NCBI RefSeq assembly: GCF_009834535.1
Contig: NC_045697.1
Location: 77,130,001-77,194,000, forward strand
DNA length: 64,000 nt
Reading direction: 5' to 3'
DNA from: Camelus ferus
Taxonomy: Eukaryota
This document shows, piece by piece, positions 1-13,328 of the stretch. The stretch's first letter is position 1. Each line of letters opens with the position of its first letter. Made by a program: the position numbers and the translations under genes. The notes under the pieces were generated by a model that saw only the letters and a list, made by a program, of their open reading frames with translations, did not search any database and was not told the DNA's origin.

Positions 1-700
1 ACATGTACAGTTACTAAGGAGATACTAAGAACTAACAAGGGAACTACCTTAATGCCGATAGATGGATAGATAGATAGATAGATGGATGAATAGACAAGTG
101 ATTTATTTTTGAATTGTGGGTTCTGTCTCTAAATATCCCATATTTCTTCTGTTGGATTCTCTTTGTGAAGGGGGCAGTTTTGGTGTTGTTGAATTTTTTT
201 TGTTTGTTTGTTTTTTGACTGGCATGCTTTTGTGGTCCTTAATACTTGTGGAACTTGTCTCCATTAATTTGATAAATATTTGAAAGCCAGGTGTTTTAGT
301 GCTGGGAGATAAAATAGCAAGTAGAAAGACTTGACTCTTATCCTTATGAAGTTTGCAGTTTACTTGGGGAAGCAAACATTATCGAAATAAACACAAATGA
401 ATGTAAAAGTGCTTCATTATTTATCATGAAGCAGAGATTTATACTGCTTGGTGAGAGTAATCTAGGTATATCTGGCCTGTTAGTCATGGAGCTTAGGGAT
501 GTTTTCCCTGATAACAGATATGTGAGCTGCAGTCTGAAGGATGAATTATCCATGCATAAAATAAATTACAGGTGAAATAAATACTTAAGTGCAAAAAGGC
601 AAACCTTTAAAACTTTTCGGAGAAAATATGAAAGAACCTTGGAGAAGGGAAGGATTTTTTTTCCCCTTCTAAAGGGTGTGCAGACCCTGGGGAGGGGCAC

Positions 701-806
701 AAAGTATGGAACACTTCATGAATTTGCGTGTCATCCTTGCACAGGTGCCATGCTAATCTTCTCTGTATTGTTCCAATTTTAGTGTACATGCTGCCGAAGC
801 GAGCAC
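701..806 (-). pseudogene. RNU6: Full-length U6 snRNA retropseudogene
   Basis: The reverse complement reads GTGCTCGCTTCGGCAGCATGTACACTAAAATTGGAACAATACAGAGAAGATTAGCATGG...TTCCATACTTT, about 9 differences from U6 as recalled. It is flanked by the TSD GGGAAGGATTT (647-657 and 807-817). Confidence 0.96.
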
Positions 807-1339
807 GGGAAGGATTTCTTAAGGACACCACACACAGTGCTAGTTAGCCATAAGGAGTAAGCGTGATAAACTTGACTAATTTCTAATTAAGAAGTTTTCT
901 TCATTGAAAGGCAACATAAAGAAAACAAAAAGACAAGCCATGAACTGGGAGGAAAAAAAGTAGTTGCAGTATTTTATCCAGAATACACTAATAACACAAA
1001 ACCAGTAAGGAAAAGACCAACAACCCAAGATAAAAATACTCGAAAAGGCATTTCACAGATGAACTGAAAACATACTCAATCTTATTAATAATCAGGGAAA
1101 AGCAAATTAAAACTAGAATGAAGTACCTACTTATGCCTAGTGGCAGAACGATAGAACTTTGGAAGACTTTGAAAGACTGACTATACCAAGGGATGGCAAA
1201 GATGTGGAGTTCCAGGAAAGTTGTGGACAGTGTTGGTAGGAGGATTTATTGGTTCAGCATTTTAAGGAAGTTTGGCATCAGTGGAATTGAAGATAACTAC
1301 ACCCTAAAATGCAGCTCTCCCACTTCTGTACGCTTTAGA

Positions 1340-1440
1340 AAAGTCCTTCTCAAACTTTGTGTGTGTGAGTCACCTGAGAACTTGCTAAAGTGCAGGTTCT
1401 GATTCACTAGCGTAAGGATTTTATCACGTTTCTGCATAGG
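1340..1440. mobile_element. MER5-like hAT-Charlie fragment
   Basis: ttctcaaactt...gagtcacctgagaacttgctaaagtgcaggttctgattca. Confidence 0.55.
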
Positions 1441-3064
1441 GTGTTGCTAGCCCATAGAGGACACTTGGAATACCGAGGCCCTGGAGCATCATTTCCTGCT
1501 TTAGATGTGTAGCACCTGCAGGAAATGGTGACATTTGGGGGGGTTCTGAGCCACAGGGGCTGCTCTGCTCCCTAGGCCAAAGAGCTCGCTTCCCACAGGC
1601 TGCCCCAGGGTGAGGCGTCTGCGTCCCTCGCTGCACCCCCACACACTCGTGAGCTGTGGCACACACACTGAGAGCCCCACCCCAGAGAAACTTGCACGTC
1701 TGTACCAGGAGCACGTTCGTAATTACCTAGTACTGTAGTACTGTATGTGAAAAGAGACAATTAGAACCCAACGGTCCATTTATAGTAGAATGGATAAATA
1801 AATTATATCATTCCAGTGGATACTGAACAAGTAGTGAAAGTGATGAAGTAGAGCTATACCCGTTAACATAAATGAATCCCAGAAATGTAACGTAGGCAGT
1901 CATGGAAGAATACATGCAGTATGCTATTGTTATAAAGTTAAAAACAAGCAAAAATAATGTTTAGGGATACTTATGTGTGTGGAAAACTATTTAGTAACAA
2001 AAGCAAGGGAGTAATGAACACATTTCAGGAGGGAGACAAGGGAATGCCTTTGTAAGGAGTATACTGAGAGCTTCAGTATTGGAAATGTTTTATTTTCACA
2101 GTTGGATGGTTAGTTCTTGGGTTTCATTTCGTTGATTATGCTTTTATAAGTACATACGCATATGTATCATATAAACTTTTTTGGTATCAATTATTTTATT
2201 AAAGAAAAAGTCTTGTTACATCTAAGGGGGATTAAGTGACTTTAACCGGAGAGAGTATGGGAAGTTCAGGGACTGAAGGAGGGCCAGGGAAGCTGGAGGA
2301 GAGCCCTGGGCCAGGGGGAGGCTGGAGACCTAGTTAGGAACGTTCAGGGCCTTGACCATGTTAACAAGTGTTTAGGGTAAGATGTTTTATCTTCACCCTA
2401 AAGCCATGGCAGGATGGAAGCAGGATGATGCCATGTATCAGGCTGGAGACTGGAGAACAGAGGGCCCTGTTCAAGCCCGAACTACTTATTTTTGACTCTG
2501 TGCTTGGAATTGTTCATGAAAAATTCCTTGTGGGAATAATTTGAAGCCTAGGGTGATAGAATTGTTCTCCAGAGAGGTTTTGTATTTCCTTCTGCCAGTT
2601 TCCTCCAGGTGCTCCCAGCTGCTGATCACACTTATCCAAGTCCAACACTCTAGATGAACTGGACTGTGCAGATGTTCTGAATCAAAGCTGCTGGTTTTTG
2701 TTAAGGCTTAGTTTCCGGGTTTATTCTTATCCTGAGGTTATAACCTTTTAGACACTCTCCTACAAGTGGAGGTATGGGGTGCCTTATCGGGTACCACATC
2801 TTGGGTCTGCCCTGGGATGATATGTCTTCTGTTTCCCATGCCCTGCAAGGCTACAGGAAACAGTGGATCAGGTTTGCAACAGCTGTCCACAGGGTGAAAG
2901 TATCTCTGAGTGTTGGGCTTATTTCTCTGAATTTTCAATTTCGTATAGATTTTGGCCCAGAAATTTGTTAATGTCATGTTAGATCTTTGATGATTTTAAG
3001 AACTTTTTAAACATAATTTTTAAAGTTGTCTTTTTTCTCTCTTTTTTGTTTGTCCTCTCCCCCC

Positions 3065-3210
3065 ACAAAGTGGTGTCCAAATTCTAAAACCTAGTACCTC
3101 TGAATGCAACCTGTTTTAGAAAGTTTTCGCAGATATAATCAAGTTGAGGATGTCCAGCTGAGATCATCCTAGTAGAGGGTGGGTCCTAAATCTGCTGACT
3201 GATGTCACCG
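3065..3210 (+). mobile_element. MaLR (MLT1-type) LTR fragment
   Basis: gtacctctgaatgcaacc...gcagatataatcaagttgagg...gagatcatcct...gtgggtcctaaatc. Confidence 0.6.
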
Positions 3211-3519
3211 CTCTTTTTCCTCATTCTTTTTTGTTTAGTTGCCAAGGGGAAATAAACCTCTCCTAGTCCCTTCTTAAAGTTGTCTTTAGTAAGAGGGTTT
3301 GGTTCTATTTACCAAGCTAATTGTTACCAGAGGCAGAAATACCCTCTATATTTTTAGACAGTGTCTTTTAGTTTCCTATTAAGAGCAAAGATAAAATTAA
3401 TGTATTTACTCTATCCTACACACCCCTTTCCTCTGTCACTCAATTTTAGATGATTTCATCTTAATTTTCACTTTGTACTGTTAAATATACTCATCACTCT
3501 ATTACTGTAGCAGTTTTAA

Positions 3520-3972
3520 TGATTTTATCAATTATCTAGTTCTGGTTTAAAACAAAAACGATTTATTATTTTTCATGGTTCTGTGGGTTGGTTGGGCAGT
3601 TCCTCTGCTGGTTTTCCTGGACTCCTGTGACTTCATTTAGTTGGAGAGTTAGCTGGGCTGGAAGCTCCTAGGGCTTCACTCACACACCTAGCAGTTGTGC
3701 ACACAGTTCACTGGGTTACCTAGGTTTTTCTCCATGTGGCTGGACCAGCTTCCCTGTGAGATAGTCTCAGGGCAGCATTCCAAGAGCAGAGAAGTGTGAG
3801 CTGCAGGGCCTCTTGCAACCTGAGGTCTTGGGCTTGAACACTGGTCCTTCTGCCGCGTTTTATTGATTAAAGCCAGTCAGAAGTTTAGCCCCAGTTCAAG
3901 GAGTGGGAAAGGAGATTCCACTTCTTAATGAGAGGAACTGCAAAATTGTGACTGTGTTTTCAGTCTCCCACA
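3520..3972. mobile_element. MaLR (MLT1-type) LTR
   Basis: tttaaaacaaaaacgatttatt...ggttctgtgggttgg...cttctgccgcgttttattg...gattccacttcttaatgagaggaactgcaaa. Confidence 0.6.
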
Positions 3973-4204
3973 ATGACATTTGTCCTTCCTAAAAATGATG
4001 TGGCAATCAGCATATTTATTTAAACTACCTTCCACCTTCTTTCCTCATTCCCTGTATTTATATCGTTTGTATGCCATTGGGAAATATATCACGTTTTTTC
4101 TGTTGCTATATTCTTATGTTTGTTTCCATCTTAGACCTAAGTATGTTAATAAATATACACACACATCATACATGTATACACATGTGTCTATATATGAATA
4201 TATA

Positions 4205-4782
4205 CACATTGTGTAAGTTTAGGATGTACAAAATGATGACTTGATACACGTATTATTACAAAACTAATTACCACAGAATGTAGTTAATACATCTATCACC
4301 TCACATAATTACCTTTTTTGTGTATGCGGTGAGAACATTTAACTGTTTTAACAACTTTAAAGTATAGTATGCGGTGAGAACATTTAACTGTTTTAACAAC
4401 TTTAAAGTATACAATACAATATTGTTAATTATAGTCACTGGTACAGCCCAAAACTTACTCAGAACTGAGCATTTGTACCCTTTGATCAGTATCTCACTAT
4501 TTCTCACATTTGGCAACTTCTAGCAACCAACATTTCCTATTTCTGTAAGTTTGGCCTTTTTAGATTCCATATATAAATTAGACCATCCACTATTTCTCTT
4601 TGTCTGACTTATTTAGCAGCATAATAACCTCATGGTCCATTCATGTTGTCACAAATGGCCAGATTTCCTTCATTTTTCAAGGCTGAATAATATTCCATTG
4701 TGTGTGTGTATTTATTTCCATATTTTCTTTATCCATTAACATATGTATGTATGTATACACATACACACAAACATGTATATAT

Positions 4783-4818
<36 letters not shown>

Positions 4819-4880
4819 ATATATATATATACCACATTTTAAAACTTCATTCGTCAATGGACACAGGTTGTTACCATAAG
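4205..4880 (-). mobile_element. L1MA-type 3' fragment, antisense, with an internal CA/TA microsatellite
   Basis: ttttagattccatatataa...gttgtcacaaatggc...ggctgaataatattccattgtgtg...tataccacatttt. Confidence 0.75.
4322..4411 (+). repeat. Perfect 45-bp tandem duplication
   Basis: GTATGCGGTGAGAACATTTAACTGTTTTAACAACTTTAAAGTATA at 4322-4366 and 4367-4411. Confidence 0.97.
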
Positions 4881-5499
4881 TTTTTCAGTTATCTCTTGAT
4901 TGGGTGAAGATGATCCTGTAGGTCAAGCAATTTGACTCACAGAGGCCGACTATGACACACATATACTTTATTCGAGAAGTCCAACCTAATGTTACTGTCA
5001 GGCCCTTACTTAGTTACCTGTGAAATAGGGCATCTGATTAGAAACAACAAATGAAGTGGCAGTTTACAATACAGAATGGGATCTGAGCTAATACTAGAAA
5101 CATCTGTATAATTCATGAATCACATTACTGCAGAAGCAAATAACCTCTGTTCATCTTATCTGAGGTACCACTGCATCATGTAATAATCAATATTATTAAT
5201 AGTGATCATTAGTAAAGAAAAACTGTTTGGGGTTCATTTTGTTTAAGAAGGTATGGAGGCTCATGAAATGTTTTAGGAAAATTACCATTAAAGATTATTA
5301 AAACATTTGGTGAGTAAGGTCTTAGTTTTTTTGAAAACCATTTCTTTGGACCCCTTATTTGCCAGTTATAGGTATGCTAGATAAATGTGATGCTGCTGAA
5401 GTTTCTACAAGAACTTCAGATAAACTGTATGTTGTTAGTATTTTAACATATTTCAGGTTTATTGCTGTGGATGAAATAGTTTCTTGTCTTCAATTGCAG

Positions 5500-5667
5500 A
5501 TTCTTTGTCCCGTTCTGTAATGCAAAATGTTCAGCCTCCCAAGTCCAGCCCAGTAGTATCCACTGTTTTGTCAGGAGCCTCGTCAACAAGACCGCCTCCT
5601 GCTGCACCTCGCCCAGCTGAGCCCGCGGCCTCAGTTGCACAGCCACCAGAGTTGTCTCAGCAGAAAG
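5500..5667 (+). CDS. SEC24B: SEC24B exon 3 (168 nt, phase 1-1)
   Basis: ttgcAG|AT TCT...AAA G|GTATTT; DSLSRSVMQNVQPPKSSPVV...ELSQQK. The exact acceptor is discussed in findings. Confidence 0.88.
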
Positions 5668-8600
5668 GTATTTGAAAAGTTCGTTATACTGTGCGCATAG
5701 CACATACGTACACACACTGATTCAAATAGAGGATTTTAAAAAGTCAAACTGAATAACCATAATTTATAGAAATTATGAAAAAAAGAACCTCAATTTAGAA
5801 CATGACTATTTTTTTAATATATTAACTTCAAGTCTCTATTTATGATTTTATATAATTGTGTTACATAATTATGTTAAATCTGTTACATATTTTATGTAAC
5901 TGCAATCATAGTTTACATACCGGTTTGTATTTTGCTTTTACATTTATTAAATTATGCACAGTTCTTCATATAGCTACACAGTCTTTATAATCATTTTCAT
6001 GGCTAGTAATTCATTGTGTCAAGGTATTTATGATTTACTAATCCATCCCTCTATTATGGACCATTTCTTTTTTTTTTTTTTTTTAAGGTTTTATAGTTTC
6101 TTTTAGGATAAAACACCCAAGATTTCCTTGATTAGTGAATTTCTGTATTCTATTTGGTGGTTTTTTTGCTTGTCATTAATATGAATGGAAAGTGACTTTG
6201 ACCCAGTTTTGGAAATGAGAAGGGTGAAAAGGAAGTTGTAATCCACATTCTTGCATCATTGACCAACAATACAGTTTATTTGTTTGTTTGTTTGATATTC
6301 TCCATGTGCTAAATAAGTGACAGGTGACTAAAATGTGTTGTTTTAACTGTGTTTCCTCACATTGCCTTTTCTTTTGGCAGTATTCTTGTTTTCTGTCTGG
6401 CTAAAATTCCAAATCTATTGATGTTTCAGGTTAACATACTGTATTTTCATTGATGAGGTAACTGAACTATTTTTAGGAGTCTGTAGTTTGTGTTTCCAGA
6501 GCAACCGTTAGTAACATTTTAGGAATTATACTCACTATGTAAGGACAGCCCCTGACCTTGAATGTGAAGAACTCTCTCAGGTTCTGAGACTCAGAAAAAG
6601 CAACAAAAATCCTTAGGCTGATCTCACTGCTTAGATCTGTTGAGTGTTCATATGGTCAACAGAGGCCTTCCTATCATTTGACCAGATTATACATTATAAA
6701 TTTTCTTGCTTGATTTTATAAGAAAACCAACTACATCACGAAGGAGTGTCCACTGATTTGCAAAAAGCCAGTGGGTATGTTAGGAGTAGGATCTAGTTAT
6801 TACAGGCATTTACCTTCAAAGGTGAAGGGCTGGTAGGAAAGTTTTACTTACCATGAGTGGAAGAAACTTAGGGGTAGGTAGAACCATAACTAAATGAGCA
6901 GTGTCTTTCCTCTACGTTGATGACTGCCTTCTAGATGTTACGTGTCTTGCTTGTTTTGACCCTTTACATTGACCCTGCTCATTTCTTTTTCTTTTTGACC
7001 ATTTTACTCGAAATACCATCCTACCGTCTTACTGTATCGTTTTGTAAACCACTTTCCCACTAAAAAATCATAATTATGTTTCTTTTTTTCTCACTAATGA
7101 GATAGATTTGAAAAGAGAAAGAACTATCATTTATTGAAGACTTAATGTGCCAGATACTTTATATTATTATCTCACTTAATACTCTTACCAATTCTATGAG
7201 GTGGAAAAGTGAGATTCACAAAGATTAGGTAACTTGCCCAAGATTATAAATTAGTAAGTAGCAGCGTAAAAGATTTTTAACTCAAACCTTTCTGTCTGGT
7301 GCTCTTTGTGTAAATGAGGCTGAATTATTGCTTTTGTTGTCTGTTAAACTCTTGATTTACCTAAGATAAACTCCTTGAGTAAGTAACAGGAAGGGTAATA
7401 CTGGAGACATTGGAATCACTGCTTTTATTATTCTATTTTCTGAAGTAGGAGATTGGCTTCTCGGTGGTCTCTGCCTTTGGACAGATCTGGGTGCACAGAT
7501 AGATCTGTGTGAGTTCAGGCTGCCACCTATGTTGTGCAGGCTGTGGCTTGTGTGACTGATGCCTTCTGTAGTTGTGCGGTGTACAGCTGTGTAGGGTATG
7601 CTGTAGGTCTGATGTGACTACTGAAATATTGATTCTTAAGAGATTAGTCTTTTTCTTAAAGCTTCAGAGACACCCATGCTTGATTATTCTCAAGGCTTCA
7701 GCATTTTTTACTGGTTTTTAGAGGAGAGGTTTCAGATTTTTGCTTGCATATCTCCTAAACATTTTTTGAGAAAACTAAAACTACTTGAACATTTTTTAGA
7801 TTTACATCTAAAATTTTTCACCAAAAGTTGACTTGCAATTATGTAAGTTTCAACATACTGCATTTGTTGACTTTTAAAACAAAGATGTTACGTTTTTCTG
7901 TGTATCCACTGGAATGAAACCTATCGTCCTTTTAAAAAATAGTGAAATGAGCCCTTTAACATTTAGAAAGTTTACATTTTTCCTTCTTCTTCTTAATGTC
8001 ATAGTCCTTTTCTTGAATGTAGTAATGATATAAACATTCTTAAGCTAAAAACTCTTTTATCACTCTAACATACTTCTCTACTACAATAATAGTATATATA
8101 ATTGAAATTTTAAAATTTATTTTATCGTCTATAACCATAAGTATCTAAGCATTTTTTCTTCTGAATTATTCTGTCAATATAATTAATATTAGTGTGTAGT
8201 TGGTCAAAACAATGTAAATATTATGAATTTTTTAATGAAAAGTACATTTTTATTGGAAGTATATCTTTCATTGAGAAAGTGGCTTCCTCCCTCCCCACCA
8301 TAGCTTTGTGTACCTGAGTTGCATATGATTTATTATTAGAATAAGATAAACTTTAGAAAACTTCATAGTTTTTATTTTCCTACATATAAGTGCTCACGTA
8401 AAGTAGACATGAATGGTATTAGAAGGATTTTGTTAAAGCAATATTGTTCGTTTAGTTTTTTAAATTTTTTTAACCTTCTGAGTTACATGTCAGAAATTTT
8501 TATTGTTGTTTGTTGGATTTTATTTTCCAGGCTGCAGATAGTTAGTAGAGTTATTATTACGTTCATATAGCAGCTGACAATTTTAAATACCTGTAATGTT

Positions 8601-9854
8601 TATTATCTCACTTGATCATCATGTGGAACAGATACATCACATTTCACCTTCCTTTTGTAGATGAGATGTTTAGAGAGGTCAGGTGCTTTACCCCAAGACA
8701 TGCACTCTCCATCGTTGGGGTGCCAGACCCGGTGCAGATCTGCTTCCAAACCCTGTGCTTGTTTGACTGAATTAGTGATTATTCAAAATATTATTAATTT
8801 TATTATACCACTGCCAATATCATATCACATCCTTTAATGCATTTTTATCAAAAACTTCAAGCTGTGATGATGATGTAGATCATTTATCTTATGGATGTCT
8901 ATCTCCATATAACCTAATTGGCAAAGGCAATCTTCATTTTCAGACCACTGAGATAAATTTTATTCTTTGTCAGAAAGTCTGATTAAATTGTTTTAATCCA
9001 AGGAAATGTGTTCCTGGAGTTTGAAGGGGTATCATAAACCCAACTGAGAAATAAATTGTAGCCTATATCTTCTAAGCCAAATTACTTAAGAGCAGTCAAA
9101 TTATTAAATGTCAAAGATTAATGTAATTAATTTATTCTTTTTTATAGTAGGTTATAAAAACTAGGCAGTGAGTCATTATGCTATTTCTCATTACCAAATT
9201 TGAAATAAAGCATTATAATATGTACCTAATATTAGGCTATTTGTGAAGCATTGATTATCTTAAAAAGCATTGTATTCTTGTGGTAAATACATGCATTATG
9301 TGTATCAAACGCTATTATTTGACTTTTTTTAGTACTTAAATAGGAATGAAGTATAAGAATTGGAAATAACTTAATTTCATCAGGCATTATGATAAAAATA
9401 TTGCCATGTATTTTATTTAAAGAAAAGAAAAACATACTACTAAGTACTAATAGATTCACCTGCTAGTAAATTTTTTTATTTTTGGTTAAAAATAGGTGGA
9501 AAGAATTAAATACTGTATAAATATAAGGAAGTGAGAAATGATTATACTAATTATAAATATTTTATGATAAAATAGGTTGTAAAGTACTTTATTAAATGTC
9601 TCATAGACTCTGGAAGAAATCATGTAGAATTTTTACCTATGAGTTGTAGCAGGTGTATCTTGAAAAAAAATTGGTAGTCCTAGAAAATATTCTACTTGTT
9701 TTTAAAAGAATTAGCATTACTAAGAATGTTACTGAGGTTGGTGAAAGGTTCTTTTCTCTAATTACTTGCCCTAGGGATAAGTATTAAGAATAGTTAAAAA
9801 TAATTATTTTTAATTAAATATACACAAAAACATGTTTTTAAAGTTCAGTAGTGA

Positions 9855-10090
9855 TAGTAGCTAATACTTATACAGCATTTACTATATTTCAGTCACCATA
9901 CTAAGACAGTTTTAAAATGTGTTAATTCATTTAATCCTCCCAACAACCATTTGAGGTAGTTATTACCCCATTTGATAGATGATATAAATGAAGAACAGAG
10001 AGGTTAGTAATTTGCCCAAGGGCACACAGCTAATAAGTGGTATTACCTGGAATTGAACCCAGAGACCTTATCTTTATCCATAATGTCCTG
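9855..10090. mobile_element. MIR SINE (further MIR fragments near 7120, 15990, 34320, 43190, 44650, 48300 and 63180)
   Basis: tcatttaatcctcccaacaacc...ccccattt...agaggttagtaatttgcccaagggcacacagctaataagtgg (MIR core). Confidence 0.75.
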
Positions 10091-13000
10091 CTGCTTGTCT
10101 GCTTAATATTTCTTACTGTTTTTGCTTTGTTCTCATGGTACTCTTTCAGAAGCAGTGGGTACTTTGACAGTAGTGGTTGGAGACTGCAGAAGCATTAAGT
10201 AAATTTATCATTATTCTCACCATTCTACTGTTCAATATTTCTGAATTAAGAATATTCCATTGAGAGTCAACTCTATTTCTAATATGTTTCATTTTTAACC
10301 GAAACATGTATGGCAAGGTAAAAGAAAGTATATAGATTTAGGATGCCTTGATTAGTCATTTAAGGAAAGGAGAGCTTTCCCTTAGTGCCAGAGAGATTTT
10401 TATATCTCAGGGCAAAGTATTGTAGTAAGATTTAGGACAAGTTAAGGGAATGTGTTTCCTTGGTAAGGTAAGAAAAAGTCTGTCGTTAACACAGGTACTT
10501 TCTTAGGTGGATACGTTTTAGGAAGAGTACTATAGAAAGTGAATCCCTTAAAACTATTCCTTTGCAAAGTCTTCTAGTGTGTGTACCTAGCTTGAAGACT
10601 AGATTAGGAAAGATAACAGTTCAAAAGTCTGAACTCTTGAATTTAAAAAAGCCAACCTTTACAAGGGAATTGTTTTCTTTTAAGACTAGTTTTGTTTATT
10701 CCCAGTGTAACAGTATCTAGGGAACAGTAAAGATGCCTTTTATTAAGCAACTCCAAGGATATGGTCTCCTGGTGTTTGGCCTGAAGGTACTATAATGATA
10801 GGTAGTTTAAGCAGAATGTCTTTTTTAAAATATTGGGCCCCTGTTAGTAACAGGCTCTTCGTCATGTCAGATTTTGTCTATGACAAAAGCGTGTCCTGCT
10901 TCTTGGTTTACTGCATTCATACCTTGGAAGCTCTGACTAAGACAGAGGAAGTTAGGAAGTAGCACTCTTTCCCTGTTTGGTGGTGGTGGTGGTGGTGGTT
11001 GGGGTGGGAGGTAGTCCATGTACACGTCTGCAGTGTACTGTGTACAGCCTAGAGCAGGCCATTTAAATATGGATTGATCGTTACTTTGGAGCTCTTAACC
11101 TTTCTTCTGTAGATTAACTAAAATGTCATATTCTTGTGCCATTAGCATTCCCAAGCTTTTAACAAAGTTTGCTTAAACAAGCAAAGGAAGGCTAAATTCT
11201 GAGCATATTGAGTCACAGTTGGGGAAGAGCTTAAATCTTGACGCTTTCATTTCCAACACTTCTCAAAAAGGATTACATCTTTTTTTAGGACAGAAAAATT
11301 TGAGTATGTTGTGTGACATTCTGTTGATACAATATATTGGCAACCGTTGTATAATCTAAAATAATATTGTAACAAATAATACTGTTTCTCTGTTCTGTCT
11401 TATTCATACGTTTGTTTTAGTGCATTAAGTAGTTGCTCTATAAAAATTTTTTTAAATTATTGGATAGCCATCTCATTTGCTTCCAATTTTTAAGCATTGG
11501 ATATTTTTCCAATAATAAGTGATATCTGTTTTTATTCAGTAAATCTGGAGAGAAAATATTTATCTTATAATACATGTAGGTCTGTCCTCTACTTTGACTC
11601 CTTTGACTAGTTACAGAGTCAACAGCCTGCAGATTGATTTAGTCATGAAAAGAATGGATTTTCTTCTGATTTTTTTCCCCTGCTTATTCACCTCCCTTAG
11701 CACAGTAAATGGAATTCCTTGTTTTCTTCTTTCTCTTGTTTCTTCATAATACATATATATATACATATACACACACGTGTACTTTTAAAAGTGCAATGCT
11801 AATTGCATTTTGAGAAAGTATTTCATTTTTAAAGAAATCCTTAAATTGAAGAATTTCTTTTCTATAAAATCTTTTTATAGTTAATTATGTTTAGTTATGC
11901 ACTTCTTAGTATGTTTAACCTAAGGTCTAATATTAGTCAAATTTTCATTTTAACTAGGCTTTTGTTAGAGGAACATGCCACCCTGAATTTGGTCTTTCAA
12001 GGTATCAAGTTTATTTTTGTGTTGCCTGAACTTATTTTACGTTGATTTTTACTTTCCCAGAAGAATTTGTGATAACTGCTGTTTTATCTGTATTTAAAAC
12101 ATGTTTCAGCAAAGCTATCAGATTTTTCCCCGACTTCTTTCATGGTGAGGATTGTTTAACCTTCGCTCTCTTCTCAGCTCAAATTTTACTCTTTAATAGC
12201 TTTTTTTCTTACTGTAGGCATGAGTTATGTTTATCCATGCTAATTAAAAAGGTCACCTGAAAAAAAACAATGAAGAGAGCATCTCATGACTCCCATGGGA
12301 TTTTTTTTGGTGAGGCAGGGCTTCATTGTGCTTTCAATCCTGTGAAATGTTCTTAGAAATCCACACTGCATTTTTGAATTTTTCTTTTGTTCTTTTTTTT
12401 CCAAGTTGAGCTATAAGATTTTTATTTATAGGGATGTTTATTCTTATTTATGAAGTGTTTACATTTTTAATTAAGATTATTTTATTTTCCCTCTTAAAAA
12501 TTTTGTGGTTGTTAATTTTTGTCTTGATAATAAAAATGCACAATCAGCCTATTTTTAAAAAGGGAAGTATTATACACTTAGCAGTTGTTGTGCCTTTTCC
12601 ACAGAATCTGCCTTCTCTTGCAGAGTCTCACACTGAGGACCAGTCTCAGTCACCTAGTTAGACTCTCATGTAGTCAGCAGGCTGACACTGAGATGACTGA
12701 GCATCTCAGAAAATTCACTTTTCTGTAATCGTCACACTTGTAGGGCCACAGTTAATAAGCGCCGCCTCCCTTCTTTTTTTTCTTTTGAGCATCTACTGTG
12801 AGCAGAGAACTATGCTGAATACAGTTCTTTAACTGTCATTCTTTTTCCGTTGAGAACTGTTTTACCATCAGGGTGGCATTAGCAGAAGGAAGGTACCGAG
12901 GATCTGTATGTGTGTTGTATGCTGTATAAGCTCATTTCAGCAGAAATGATCACTGTTTACCAAGAATGCACAGTCCCAAAGGACGTATACCACAATGGCC

Positions 13001-13328
13001 CCAAGGTCAAAGAAGGTAAACATGTATTGAGCTCAGTAAAATGTTCAGAGAGAATGAGTGCAGTTACCTAAATATTATCAGTGTAAGACATGGTACTTTT
13101 TTCACACTTAAACCAGTTAGTTCGTATTAAAGCTGCTTTTACTAAACTGCTTTGCAGAGATTTTCTAACGGTTCCAGTTTTGATAATACATTTGCTAATA
13201 TTAATATGCATGCTGGGATGTTCTTTGGTATGTCAAGAGTTCTTTCTCACTTTTGATGCAATGTCAAAATTTTGTTTCTCATCTTTCCTGTTGGTTTGAC
13301 TCTTGTGTTTGTGCTTTCCACTTTACAG

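Larger units (their letters stand above)
570..2210 (+). mobile_element. Old, fragmented L1M (ORF2 end/3'UTR) hosting the U6 copy and a MER5-like insert
   Basis: L1-like phrases such as aaaagacaagccatgaactgggag, tcagggaaaagcaaattaaaact and agaatggataaataaattat. Confidence 0.6.

Noticed and set aside
701..806. Functional U6 snRNA gene
   Set aside because: It has about 9 substitutions, several at CpGs. It sits between TSDs inside an L1, and no PSE/TATA promoter is evident upstream.
10840..10884. Two short adjacent hairpins (CCTGTTA-G-TAACAGG; GTCAT...ATGAC) as a snoRNA or miRNA
   Set aside because: The stems are too short, there is no convincing H/ACA or C/D box layout, and such hairpins are expected by chance in 64 kb.
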